Source: an uncultured Gammaproteobacteria bacterium | GTDB lineage: Bacteria > Patescibacteriota > Microgenomatia > Levybacterales > UBA12049 | NCBI GenBank assembly: GCA_965230895.1 | Contig: OZ246394.1 | Span: 1,441,887 to 1,505,886, forward strand | Reading direction: 5' to 3' | Length of the DNA: 64,000 bases | Shown here: piece by piece, positions 20,426 to 31,300 of the stretch | Layout of the letters: each line of letters begins with the position of its first letter | How positions within the stretch are numbered: the stretch's first letter is position 1 | Translations under genes and position numbers: made by a program | Notes under the pieces: generated by a model | What the model was told of the DNA's origin: nothing | What the model saw: only the letters and a program-made list of their open reading frames with translations | Database searches by the model: none

Positions 20426-20432
20426 AGTGTAT

Positions 20433-21926
20433 TTATATATTAACGAGTGGTGTTCTCTGTACACCGAAGACATGAAGCAACTTTTCTTGACGACTTCTGA
20501 TATCTTGCAACATGTCGTTTAAGGTTTTTGCATTGTTCACAATTTCTTTTACGAGTGCTTGTGCCTCTATGTTGTTGTCGTATGTATGCGTGATGGTTTG
20601 GATATCTTGCTCCATCTTTGCGTGATCATCCCAATTCTCCATCCATAGGAGTCCGAATATTACGATCTGTAAGTCTAATGTCTTTACATCAGTTGCACCT
20701 TGCGTGAAGTAGGCAAAGATACGATCAGCAACAGCCATCGTCTTCTTGATACCTGCACCAGCTTCCGCTGTAAAGTGGCTGAAGTTCTCTAGGCGTTGAT
20801 GAAGCGTCAGGAAACTTATCAACTCACGGTGAATACTCAAACGCAGCGGAGTTTGCGTCTGACGGCCGACACGACTAACAGAAAGGAAAGGATTGATTGC
20901 TGGACGATTACCTTTGGTAAACATATCGACATCAAAGTAGATATGGCCATCAGTCATTGACATAAGATTGGTTTGAATGAAACCGGCAATATCTCCTTCG
21001 ACAGATTCAACGACAGGCAAACAAGTGATCGAGTGCTCACTTCCGTTTGCGAGGACAAAATTTCCTGCACGTTCAAGCAGGCGTGCATGAGTATAGAAGA
21101 TATCAGCAGGGTAGGCATTTCGTCCAGGGAAACGTCGTCCGATAAGCATGATTTCACGGTATACTTTTGCGTGGGTGAACAGATCATCAAGCACTAAGAG
21201 CACATCATGTCCTTCGTCTCTGTAATATTCAGCCAAAGTCATCGCTGCAAATGGAGTGAGGTATGTGATACCGGAAGGATCTTCTGAGCTTGATGCAATA
21301 ATGACTGTGTTGTCGATGATGCCTGCATTTTTGAAGTAGGTTTCAATCTTCTTAATATCCGTTTTCTTTCGACCGATACCTGCATAGATACAGATTGTTC
21401 CAAGTTTTGATTGCTTCAGAATTGTTTGAAAGAGGAAACTTGTCTTACCGGTCTTTCTGTTTCCAATAACAAGTTGTCTTTGGCCTTTTCCAAGTGGTAC
21501 AAGCAGGTCTACCATGGTGACGCCTGTCTCAAGTGGAGTCACAATACGCTTACGAGTATTGATACCGCTTGGATTGATATCTATTGGTCGTGAAATTTTG
21601 GGTTTCTCAATAGTTTTTCCTACCTCCAAAGGCCGTCCAAAAGGATCTACTGTTTGTCCAAGGAGTTCAAATCCGACAGGCATTTCCTGCCTTGCTCCAG
21701 TACGAGTGACTCGAGTTCCAGCTTTAATTGAGTATTTTGAAAAGAGGAGAATTTCTACCTGATCACGGCTCATCGACAAGATCATTCCGAACTCTCCAGT
21801 CTCAAACATCACAATTTCCTGAAGTGTTGCTTGTGGCAAACCGTTCACATACACAATCGATTGATTGGATGCCTCTACAAAACCTACTTCTTCACTTGTG
21901 CTTAGATAATGCTGAAATGTTTTCAT
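20433..21926 (-). CDS. atpA: F-type ATP synthase alpha subunit
   Basis: P-loop GNRKTGKT (alpha-type GDRQTGKT pattern). 497 aa. Confidence 0.9.
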   Translation of the reverse strand: MKTFQHYLSTSEEVGFVEASNQSIVYVNGLPQATLQEIVMFETGEFGMILSMSRDQVEILLFSKYSIKAGTRVTRTGARQEMPVGFELLGQTVDPFGRPLEVGKTIEKPKISRPIDINPSGINTRKRIVTPLETGVTMVDLLVPLGKGQRQLVIGNRKTGKTSFLFQTILKQSKLGTICIYAGIGRKKTDIKKIETYFKNAGIIDNTVIIASSSEDPSGITYLTPFAAMTLAEYYRDEGHDVLLVLDDLFTHAKVYREIMLIGRRFPGRNAYPADIFYTHARLLERAGNFVLANGSEHSITCLPVVESVEGDIAGFIQTNLMSMTDGHIYFDVDMFTKGNRPAINPFLSVSRVGRQTQTPLRLSIHRELISFLTLHQRLENFSHFTAEAGAGIKKTMAVADRIFAYFTQGATDVKTLDLQIVIFGLLWMENWDDHAKMEQDIQTITHTYDNNIEAQALVKEIVNNAKTLNDMLQDIRSRQEKLLHVFGVQRTPLVNI

Positions 21927-22426
21927 GTTAGAAGTCCCATTATTTCGTCACGCTGGATTTGGAACCGTCCAGCCAACTTTTTGCGTACTGAAAAATCTTT
22001 ATATTGACCACCAGAGATGATAAGTGCGCCACCAACGATCGTCTTATCAAATTGTAAATCAATGATTGCTGTGGGTCCTACATTCTTTTTCACCCATTCA
22101 GAAAATGTTGTGATAGCATCTTCATCTGGTTGGAAGGCGAGTGTTAGTTGGATGACATTAAGTTTACGCAGTTTATCTTTTAATTCCTCGAGCGATTTGG
22201 ATATTGGTCCATGGCTTTCATGCGTAACTTCCTGTTTAAGAAGGTTATCTTTGAGTACTTGTCCAAGATCGTGGGGGAGATTATCAAAAATCCGTTGTAA
22301 TTCAGTACTTCCTTTCGGTGCGAAGAAGTTGTTCGAGAACTCATCAAGACAGATAAGAACAGCTGTCATTTCTGACTTCAGTCGAAGCTTACTTGTAATT
22401 TGATCAAAAAGGGCAGTTGTATCCAT
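21923..22426 (-). CDS. atpH: F-type ATP synthase delta (OSCP) subunit
   Basis: 167 aa, overlaps atpA start by 4 nt. C-terminal GGALIISGGQYKDFSVRKKL resembles the OSCP C-terminal motif. Confidence 0.65.
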   Translation of the reverse strand: MDTTALFDQITSKLRLKSEMTAVLICLDEFSNNFFAPKGSTELQRIFDNLPHDLGQVLKDNLLKQEVTHESHGPISKSLEELKDKLRKLNVIQLTLAFQPDEDAITTFSEWVKKNVGPTAIIDLQFDKTIVGGALIISGGQYKDFSVRKKLAGRFQIQRDEIMGLLT

Positions 22427-22443
22427 AATGGTGTGATGCGTTT

Positions 22444-23157
22444 CTACTTAAATACTTGTTCTTTCTTTGCAGTTTCAAGTGCTTCAAGAACGAGTTGCTT
22501 GTGTGTATCAAAGGTAATGCCTTGGCTTAATACCATCTCTGAAACTCTATACAAAATTTTGTAAATGTCTTCATCCATCTTCTGATACTTTTGTTTCTTA
22601 TAATCCTGTAGTTCCTTTTCAATCATGAGATACTCTTCATCAATTTTCTCTTTCACAACTTTCTCACTGTTTATAGTTTCTTTCTCAAGTGTCTCTCTGA
22701 ATTCTTTAAAGTCGGCAAGTACGTCTGATTGGATATCCTTTGTCATCGACTTCAGTGAGTTAATGTCCTGCTCTTGAATTTGTGTCATCATGTCTTGATA
22801 TGCTGTTTTCATTTCTTCTGAAGCTTGATTGAAGACTTCAGCCTGTTCTTGCTCAAGCTGTGTCAGCTTCTCTTTGAGCACGCTATTTGAGTTATCTTCA
22901 TATGCCTTACTGCTGGCGAGAATATCATTGGCATGTTTGTTTGCTTGGTCAATAATTTCTTGTGCTTTTCCATGTGCTTCCTCAAGCAGCTTGATTGGCT
23001 TCTCAGACATTTGGTTTTGCAGGTGCCGATTGAGTTCTTCAGTTTGGTGAAGCTTTTGACCATTTCTTGTATAAGAAATAGCCAGGACAAGAAGTGCCGC
23101 AGCAAGTACAGCAATTGTCACAGCAAGAAAAATTAATGTAATTGGTTCAATAGTCAT
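22444..23157 (-). CDS. atpF: F-type ATP synthase b subunit-like (single N-terminal TM plus long charged coiled coil)
   Basis: N-terminal TM IFLAVTIAVLAAALLVLAISY followed by about 200 aa of Glu/Lys/Gln-rich helix. Operon position upstream of delta. Confidence 0.6.
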   Translation of the reverse strand: MTIEPITLIFLAVTIAVLAAALLVLAISYTRNGQKLHQTEELNRHLQNQMSEKPIKLLEEAHGKAQEIIDQANKHANDILASSKAYEDNSNSVLKEKLTQLEQEQAEVFNQASEEMKTAYQDMMTQIQEQDINSLKSMTKDIQSDVLADFKEFRETLEKETINSEKVVKEKIDEEYLMIEKELQDYKKQKYQKMDEDIYKILYRVSEMVLSQGITFDTHKQLVLEALETAKKEQVFK

Positions 23158-23161
23158 GGTT

Positions 23162-23932
23162 TTATAGTACTAGAATCAAATACGCGATAGCAACACCAAA
23201 GAACATAATTGCGATTGTAACCATACTATTGATGAAGACACTCAAAAGGATAGCTTGTTTTGCAAGTGGATTACGCCCGATTGCTTCAACACCACGATTA
23301 GATGATCGTGCAAAGAATCTAAATCCGAAGAAGAAGGAGAGTAAGGCGATACTTCCTGAGACAACATATCGAACAAAGCCCAATGGTGTTTCCATCGCAG
23401 CCACAAATCCCATTGTTGCTGTATTCCAAAGATTCCTTGTGATATCGTTTGATACTCTTGCGAAATGAGGATGGAGAGTTACTAAAATAGTTCCAACTTT
23501 AGTTTTGTCGTTGTTACTATAATCCTGATCTGCTGTTCCGATAACATAGCCATTGTCGGTAGCTTTTTGTCCAACACCTGGTGTCGTTGATGATGTTATG
23601 AAATCTCCGCGTTGGATATTTCCATTTTGTGAAGAGACTCTCACTCGAACTTGCCCGACACTGATAATTGGAAGGTCGGTTGGAGAAGTTGTATCACTCA
23701 AGTAGACTGCAGGTTTTTTACTGACAACACCAAAGACTTGCGGATCATAGGCTGATGCAGTCTTTTTGTATCCTTCCGATGTAGCACTGATGATATCTCC
23801 GTCCTGAACGTTTTTATCCTCAACCGTAATACCAATTGCAGTACCATTGGAGAGATCGGATGCAAACACAGGGGCAATAGCTGAACCAAACAGCAGGGCA
23901 ATCACTGTAGCAAGAATACTTTTTCTAAGCAT
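23162..23932 (-). CDS. Signal-peptide protein with about 170-aa extracytoplasmic domain and a C-terminal two-helix hairpin resembling an F-type ATPase c subunit (loop RNP in place of RQP; Asn where the ion-binding Asp/Glu is expected)
   Basis: Sits where atpE would be expected (immediately upstream of atpF). The C-terminal GVEAIGRNPLAKQAILLSVFINSMVTIAIMFFGV aligns loosely with the c-subunit loop/helix 2. No acidic residue in helix 2. Assignment tentative. Confidence 0.45.
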   Translation of the reverse strand: MLRKSILATVIALLFGSAIAPVFASDLSNGTAIGITVEDKNVQDGDIISATSEGYKKTASAYDPQVFGVVSKKPAVYLSDTTSPTDLPIISVGQVRVRVSSQNGNIQRGDFITSSTTPGVGQKATDNGYVIGTADQDYSNNDKTKVGTILVTLHPHFARVSNDITRNLWNTATMGFVAAMETPLGFVRYVVSGSIALLSFFFGFRFFARSSNRGVEAIGRNPLAKQAILLSVFINSMVTIAIMFFGVAIAYLILVL

Positions 23933-24034
23933 AGTTCCTCCTTATTCTATAGTACGCAGGAATTGGAAGGGATGTCAAGGTAACGAAGCGGTTCTTTGTG
24001 GTGCACGTTAAACGAATGAGAAATATATTTCAAA

Positions 24035-24994
24035 TTATATCCTAGTATATCTTACTGATCTACCTTTGCCTTGAGTAAAGAGCAATCCTAATGAGGTTAA
24101 TTTTGCTAAATCACGTGAAGCAGTAATTTGCGAAATATGGAAAATCTTTTGGACGGTGCGATTTGTGATGACAGTTTTGGGATCATCAAGTAATGTCATT
24201 ATTGTTTTTTGTCGTTCATTAAGTTCTCCAATCTTTTCTTGAACCGGCAATTTTTCAGTTTGGGATAATTGTGAATAAGTAAGCTCAAGACTTTGAGAAA
24301 GAGTCTTTACAAAATACTCAACCCAACTCGTTACATTAGGCTTTGCTACAGCTGTTTGATAATGACCCAGAAAAATCTTATGTTCTTCAGCCCAAGGCTT
24401 TTCTAGAACCATAAGCCCTCGACAATCTATACCACCTCTGTACAAAAAGAGATAACTGCAAAGAGTCGAGAACATATCTGCTTTTATCCCTGGAGGTAAA
24501 AGGCTTCTGTATAAAAGTTTTGCGATTGCACCTTGGACATATGGATTATCTGAACTTACTTGGAGATATGTAGTAATTTCCTGGAGATGTTTTTCGGTTG
24601 TTGCTGATTTTTCTCCACCAATATAATCATATATTTGCATAATGTTTTTTACGTGTACTGGATTAGGGTTTAAAGTCCAATCCCTTTTGATATAGTCAAG
24701 AGACTGTTTGTATCCTAAAACAGTATTTTGTATCAGATCTCTTTTCTGAGGATTTTTTTGCATTGCAAAAACAATTTGATTAGACAAAATTGATTTTATT
24801 TTTTCTCGCAGAACTGGGATTTCTGTTTCTGTTAATCCAAAATAAATGCGGTCCATTGTCGCTGCAAACTGGACGGTCAATTCCTTCTTTGGCTCCATAG
24901 GGTAGAGGATGATTTGTTTGCGTGCCACTTCAGCTTTTTCAAGAAAGCGAAGCATGTATGGTGAGATAGCATAGACGATATCGAGCATAAGCAA
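24035..24994 (-). CDS. Hypothetical cytoplasmic protein with C-terminal winged-helix DNA-binding domain (Fic-family-like architecture, canonical HPFx[DE]GNGR motif not recognisable)
   Basis: 319-aa ORF. C-terminal ITNRTVQKIFHISQITASRDLAKLTSLGLLFTQGKGRSVRY looks like a wHTH. Divergent from giant gene 1. Confidence 0.5.
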   Translation of the reverse strand: MLMLDIVYAISPYMLRFLEKAEVARKQIILYPMEPKKELTVQFAATMDRIYFGLTETEIPVLREKIKSILSNQIVFAMQKNPQKRDLIQNTVLGYKQSLDYIKRDWTLNPNPVHVKNIMQIYDYIGGEKSATTEKHLQEITTYLQVSSDNPYVQGAIAKLLYRSLLPPGIKADMFSTLCSYLFLYRGGIDCRGLMVLEKPWAEEHKIFLGHYQTAVAKPNVTSWVEYFVKTLSQSLELTYSQLSQTEKLPVQEKIGELNERQKTIMTLLDDPKTVITNRTVQKIFHISQITASRDLAKLTSLGLLFTQGKGRSVRYTRI

Positions 24995-25189
24995 AAAGTA
25001 CCAAAATCCACAAAAACCGTCAAGGTATCAGAACATTAAACAATTTTTTGTAAAGTGATATTGTGATATCGATTACATCAGTTGATTTTAAAAGATTTTT
25101 CACGGAGATTTTTGTCCTGCATAGGGACATTTTTTGTTTGCAAAACGACTCAGAAGACAAACTTATCCATTTGAAGCTAGATCAGTAAA

Positions 25190-25270
25190 TAATGATAAGA
25201 TTAAGATAAGATAATACTCAGCCTTGACAAGCCATATTAATATATGTAGTAATAAATATACTGGCAAAAG
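25190..25270 (+). promoter_or_regulatory. Conserved promoter/operator module, copy 1: GATAAGAT direct repeats, -35 TTGACA (25224-25229), invariant 18-mer ATTAATATATGTAGTAAT containing an extended -10-like TGTAGTAAT
   Basis: The same architecture and the identical 18-mer occur upstream of all three giant genes, 89-99 nt from TTGACA to ATG. Confidence 0.65.
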
Positions 25271-25318
25271 TTAAGCAAACCTATCCATTTGTGCGTGAAA
25301 ACTAGCCGGTGCTGCCCA

Positions 25319-28300
25319 ATGAACGAATCACTGCTCACAATACAGGAAGCTGCGAAGCTATTAGGAGTTTCTCCAACAACGCTTCGTCGCTGGGAAGAAC
25401 GAAAGGTTCTTCTTCCGTATCGAACTGCTGGAAACCAGCGAAGATATTCTCGAGAACAGCTTTTAGCCTTCAAAAAGAATGGTTACAGACCAGTCCAAAT
25501 GGCCTCCGTAGCTCCGTCTGATGCTCCAAAGGTGAATGAACCTATCGTTACTCCGATGCATCAAGCACAAGCTTCTGTTGACCAACTCATCACTCCTCAA
25601 TCTCCAGTCCAAACAACAGCTAATCCAATCTTAGTAACGCAGACTCAAAATGAGGCTAATGTCCAAGTTTCTGATATAGTTAGTCAAGCTCAAGAGAGGG
25701 TCGTTTCGGGGTACAAAATGCCATCCCGCTTGCCAAATGTCCGTGAGCTATCTCCAATGGCGGGTGTATTTGCTGCGCTTGTCGTCTTCGTTGGATTTGT
25801 CCTTGCAGCATCGTTAGCTCCTACATGGGGTGAAGATTTAGATAGGCTTGGTAAAGGATTCCCAAGAGATGGAGCAAGCGCTCAGCAAGTTCTGGCTGCA
25901 AATGACAATACGCCTTTATTTGTTTTGAAAGTTAATGTTCCGAGTGTCTTTGGAAAGAAAGCTTCATTCCTCGATAGCGTCGATATTAGCAAAGGCTTAA
26001 CCGTGGGAGGCGTTGCTACGATGAGTGGCGGGATCATTACCAACAATGCTGACATCAATGCTGGAACTGGTCGGTTAACTGCATCAAACGTAGTCTATTC
26101 AGTACTCGCAGGCAATAATATCTCGATTACTGGTGACCCTCAAAATCCTACCATTTCAGCTGACTTCGGTGGAGGAGTAGTGAGTTCATTCCAAGGGCAA
26201 AGTGGAGCGGTTTCTTTGCTTCAAGGCTCGGGAATTGGACTTGATGGTTTGACGATCACAAACACAGGCGTACTTTCCGTTCAAGGTCAATCCGGTGCAG
26301 TTAATTTCACTGGAGGAGCAGGAATTACGCTCAATAATCTTACTATAACAAACAGTGATCCAGGTTCAGCTCAAAAGATCTTCAGTACGTTCAACATAGA
26401 TGGCACTCCTGTGGCTGCTAGCTCTAATACTGATACCTTCAATTTCGCTGCTGGAAGCGGAATTACGCTCAGTACAAATACTACAGACAAAATTTTGACT
26501 ATCTCGGCGAACGGAGGAGCCACAAGTCAATGGACAACTACAGGATCAGATATATATTATAACTTGGGTAATGTAGGCATAGGAAATTCAGCTCCAGGTA
26601 CAACGTTGGATGTCACTGGAGATGGAAGGTTTTCTGGTACGCTTACCGTCTCAGGCTTAAGTACAGGAATTGTCAAAGCAGATGGATCAGGATTACTCTC
26701 AACAAGCGCATTGAATCTAGCTGGAGGAGCTTCAGAAATAACTGGAGTTTTGCCTGTAGCAAATGGAGGTACAGGTTTATCTTCAATTCCTACAAATGGT
26801 CAACTTCTTATAGGTAATGGAACTGACTACACATTGGGCAACCTAACAGGCACAGTCAATCAGATTACTATAAGCAATGGTGCTGGCTCAATTACTTTTT
26901 CAACTCCTCAAGATATTCATACTGCAGCCTCACCAACGTTTGCAACTATGAACTTAACCAACAGCACAAACCAGCTTGTATTTGGAACTGGAACAACTGG
27001 CACGATCAGTATGGATCCATTAACCACAAATCGTACCTATACATTCCCGGATGCAAGTGGAACTGTTTGTTTAACTTCGGGAAATTGTAGTGGTGGAGGT
27101 GGTGGAGGTATATCGGGTGCTGGGACAACGAACTATATCGCCAAGTTCACCAGCTCGAGCGGTATATCGGATTCTTCGATTTACGATAATGGAAAAGTTG
27201 GTATAGGAACTACAAGCCCGGAAGGGCTTTTAACTGTTTCTGGGGGACCTGCTGGCAAGGCTCTTGCAGTGTTTAATTACACTGGGTCAGGACAAAATAT
27301 TTTGACTGCTTCAGCCTCTGGAACCACAAGACTTACAATCAACAGTTCCGGGGACCTAAATATCATCGGTGGTGCGTATCAAATTAATGGCACTTCAGTT
27401 TTAACTAGTAACACGCTTGGTTCAGGGATAGTCAATTCTTCACTTACTTCAGTTGGTGCACTTGACTCAGGTTCAATCACTGCAGGTTTTGGCAACATTA
27501 ACGTGGGTATGGACAGTATCAGTGGAGGCGATATAACTTCAGTTGGTCCTGTAGGATTTGTCTCAACAGGAAATGGTGCAGGCTTATCGTTCTCAGGTAC
27601 TGGAAACCACGACATAACAGCATCTTCAGGTGTGCTTCGATTAGGCGCTGTGACATTAACTGGTGCGCTTACTGGGAATGGCCAAAATGTCACAGGCTTA
27701 AATAATCTTTCTGCTGGAGGTACCGTAACCTTTGGTGGGCTTGGAACGGGTATCGTTCAAAGTAATGGTTCAGGAGTACTTTCAAGTGGTGCTTTGAACT
27801 TGGCTGGAGGAGCTTCCTACGTAACTGGAGTTCTCCCTGTGACAAATGGTGGTACAGGATTGAATTCATTCAATACAGGGGACCTTATCTTTGCCTCTGC
27901 AAGTAATACATTGGCTGCATTGCCAATCGGTACTGAAGGCCAGGTCCTTGCTGTTTCTGGAGCGGGAACTCCTACATGGATTTCTACCGGAACACTTAAT
28001 TATTGGCAGCGAGCAAACGGTGCACTTGCTCCATTAAATATCTCTGATGATCTTCTTGTAGGGGGTGTCTCAACAGCTTCCGCGAAATTTCAGATCTTTG
28101 GAATCTCAGGTAATGCATCAACTTCCGGAACCTTCACGTTTAATACTGCAGGCGTGATTCAAAGTACCAATAACCATGGTATTACAATTGGAGGTTCGAC
28201 AACAGGAAATATTACCTTGTCTCCACAAAATGGTTCTGGGACAGTCACTTCAACAGGGAATCTTAATCTTCTTTCGGGTAAGGTATATCAGATTAATGGA

Positions 28301-31300
28301 TCAAATGTCTTAACCTCATCAACACTTGGTTCTAGTGTCACTGCATCTTCATTGACATCGGTTGGTACATTGACTGGTGGTTCAATTGCCTCAGGATTTG
28401 GTACTATCGCTACTGCCAACACCATCACTGGTACAACGTTGAATGGCACAACTGGGATCAATACAGGTGCAGGTGGTGGAACGCAAAGAATTGACACTTC
28501 TGGTAACCTTACAAATATCGGAACAACCCAATTGAATGGCATCACTTATACATGGCCAGGTTCAGCGGGAGGAAGCAACAATGTTCTAACTTCTGATGGC
28601 AGTGGTGGTTTGAGTTGGAATGATGTAACTACATTACCAGGCGTAGGTGATATAACAGCAATTGGAGATGTTCTTTCTGGCCCTGCATTCACTGCTGGTG
28701 GTACGCAAGGAACCTCTTTGTACTTCTATGATGCAGATGGACGGGGACAACTTACTATAGCGAACCTAACTGCTGCTCGAACATATACATTACCTGATGC
28801 TTCCGGCACAATCTGCCTTGATTCTGGGAACTGTGCAGGATCAGGTGGTGGGATTGTTGGTACAGGTACAGCGGGTCAATTAGCTTTCTTTAATGGTACA
28901 GGTACAATAACATCTGAGACTTCAGGCTTTGCATGGGATGCAACAAATAAAAAGCTTGGCATTGGTACGGATACTCCAACAGGCAAGCTTACAGTTTCTG
29001 GTGCAGCTGCTGGGAAAGCGTTAGCTATATTTGATGAGCTTGGTGATCAGGACATATTCTCAGCTTCAGCTTCAGGAATTACACAATTGAGATTAGCTCG
29101 AAATGGTGACTTGGCAATTGAAGGAATGCTTTCTGATCTTACGCAAAATGCATTAACAGTGAATGACAACTTGAATTTAGTCTCAGGCAACGCATTCCAG
29201 ATAAATGGCACAAATGTTTTGAGCTCATCGACACTTGGCTCAGGGGTTGTTAGCTCCTCATTGACTTCCGTTGGAGCTCTTTCATCGGGTTCAATTGCAA
29301 ATGGGTTTGGCAGTATCTTTACTTCAAATACTATTCAAGGTAGTGACATCACTGCTTCTGGAACAACAGGATTTACTGCTTCCGGCAATGGTGCTGGTTT
29401 AACCTTCTCAGGCACGGGTAATCATAGCATAAGTGCATCATCCGGAACCCTCCAGATCGGAGCCGCGACGTTGACTGGTGACTTAACTGGTAACAGCCAA
29501 AGTATCGTCGGAGTAAACAATTTGTCTGCGAGTGGCACAATTACTTTTGGAGGTTTGTCGACAGGGATTGTAAAGAGTAACGGCTCTGGTATCCTTTCTT
29601 CAAGCGCAGTCAACCTAGCTTCAGGTGATATCACTGGTACGCTTGGAGTTGCAAATGGTGGTACAGGTATAACTTCAGTTGGTGGTGCTGGTGGAGTAGC
29701 TTACTCCAATGGATCAACCTTTGCCTTCACAGCAGCAGGATTAAGTGGTCAGGTGTTAGTTTCAAATGGTACAGGCGCACCTTCATGGACTGACCCATCA
29801 ACGCTCGGAACAAATTATTGGCAACGAAATTCAGGTTTGCTTGCACCTCTTAATATAGCTGATGATTTGGCTGTTGGTGGATCAAGTACAGGATCAGCGA
29901 AGTTCCAGATCTTTGGCGGGACAGGTAATGCTTCAACTTCAGGTACGCTAACGTTCAATACTGCAGGCACTATCCAGACAACCAATAATCAAACCTTAAC
30001 CTTCGGAGGCGCGAGTACCGGCAATATCGTCTTCTCACCATTAAATGGTGCGGGTACTGTATTAGTTAATGGTAGTATGAATCTTTCTTCAGGTAATACA
30101 TATCAGATTAATGGAACAACTGTGTTATCTGCAACAACTCTTGGGACGGGAGTTGTCAATTCTTCGCTTACAAATGTCGGAATTTTGACTGGAGGCTCTA
30201 TTGCTTCCGGATTTGGAACAATCGCTACTGCCAATACAATTACCGGTACTACTATAAATGGAACGACTGGAATTAATACCGGTGCAGGAGCTGGTACACA
30301 ACGAATTACTAATAATGGTAATTTGGTTAATATCGGAACAACCCAATTAAATGGTGTAACGTATACCTGGCCAAGTGCAGATGGATCATCTGATTATGTG
30401 CTGACAACTGACAGCAGTGGTGGATTAACATGGAAGAATGTAACATCTGTCGGTGGAGCAGGTGATATAACAGCGATTGGAGATGTCACTTCAGGAGCGG
30501 CATTTACAGCTGCTGGTACACAAGGAACCTCTTTGTATTTCTATGATACAGATGGACGTGGTCAAGTAACCATTGCAAACCTCACAGCGCCTCGAACATA
30601 CACATTGCCTGATGCTTCCGGCACCGTTTGTCTCGATTCCGGTAACTGTGCTGGATCTGGTGGTGGTTTGACGGGAAGTGGAACTGCGGGACAAGTTGCA
30701 TTCTTCAATGGGACTGGTACTTTGACATCTGAAACATCAGGATTTGCTTGGGATGCAACAAATAAGAAGCTTGGTATTGGTACAAATACTCCAACCGGTA
30801 AATTGACGGTTTCTGGAGGTGCGACAGGAAAAGCACTTGCAGTCTTCGATGAAACAGGTGATCAGGATATCATTACTGCGTCTGCGTCAGGTACAACACA
30901 GTTTGTTCTTAACCGAAATGGTAATCTCGCAATTGAAGGTCAGCTTTCCGATCTCTCTCAGAATACACTTACTGTTAATGACAATTTGAACCTCACAACC
31001 GGAAATGAGTTCCAAATCAACAGCGCAAGCATCTTGAGTGCTTCAACTCTTGGTTCAAGTGTCATCAATTCATCTTTGACGTCAGTTGGAGCTTTGACGA
31101 GTGGCTCTATTGCTTCAGGCTTTGGTACTATATTAACAACTAATACCATCCAGGGTTCAGATATTACCGCATCAGGAGCTACAGGGTTTACCGCTTCTGG
31201 TAATGGAGCTGGATTGACGTTCTCAGGCACGGGTAATCATATCGTAAGTGCATCATCTGGAACACTCCAATTTGGTGCAGCCACATTGACTGGTGCAATC

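Noticed and set aside
25289-25318. TTG-initiated N-terminal extension of giant gene 1 (MCVKTSRCCP...) as given in the ORF track
   Set aside because: The ATG at 25319 lies in the CTGCCCAATGAAC context shared with paralog 2, and the extension overlaps the mapped promoter region. The ATG start is preferred.
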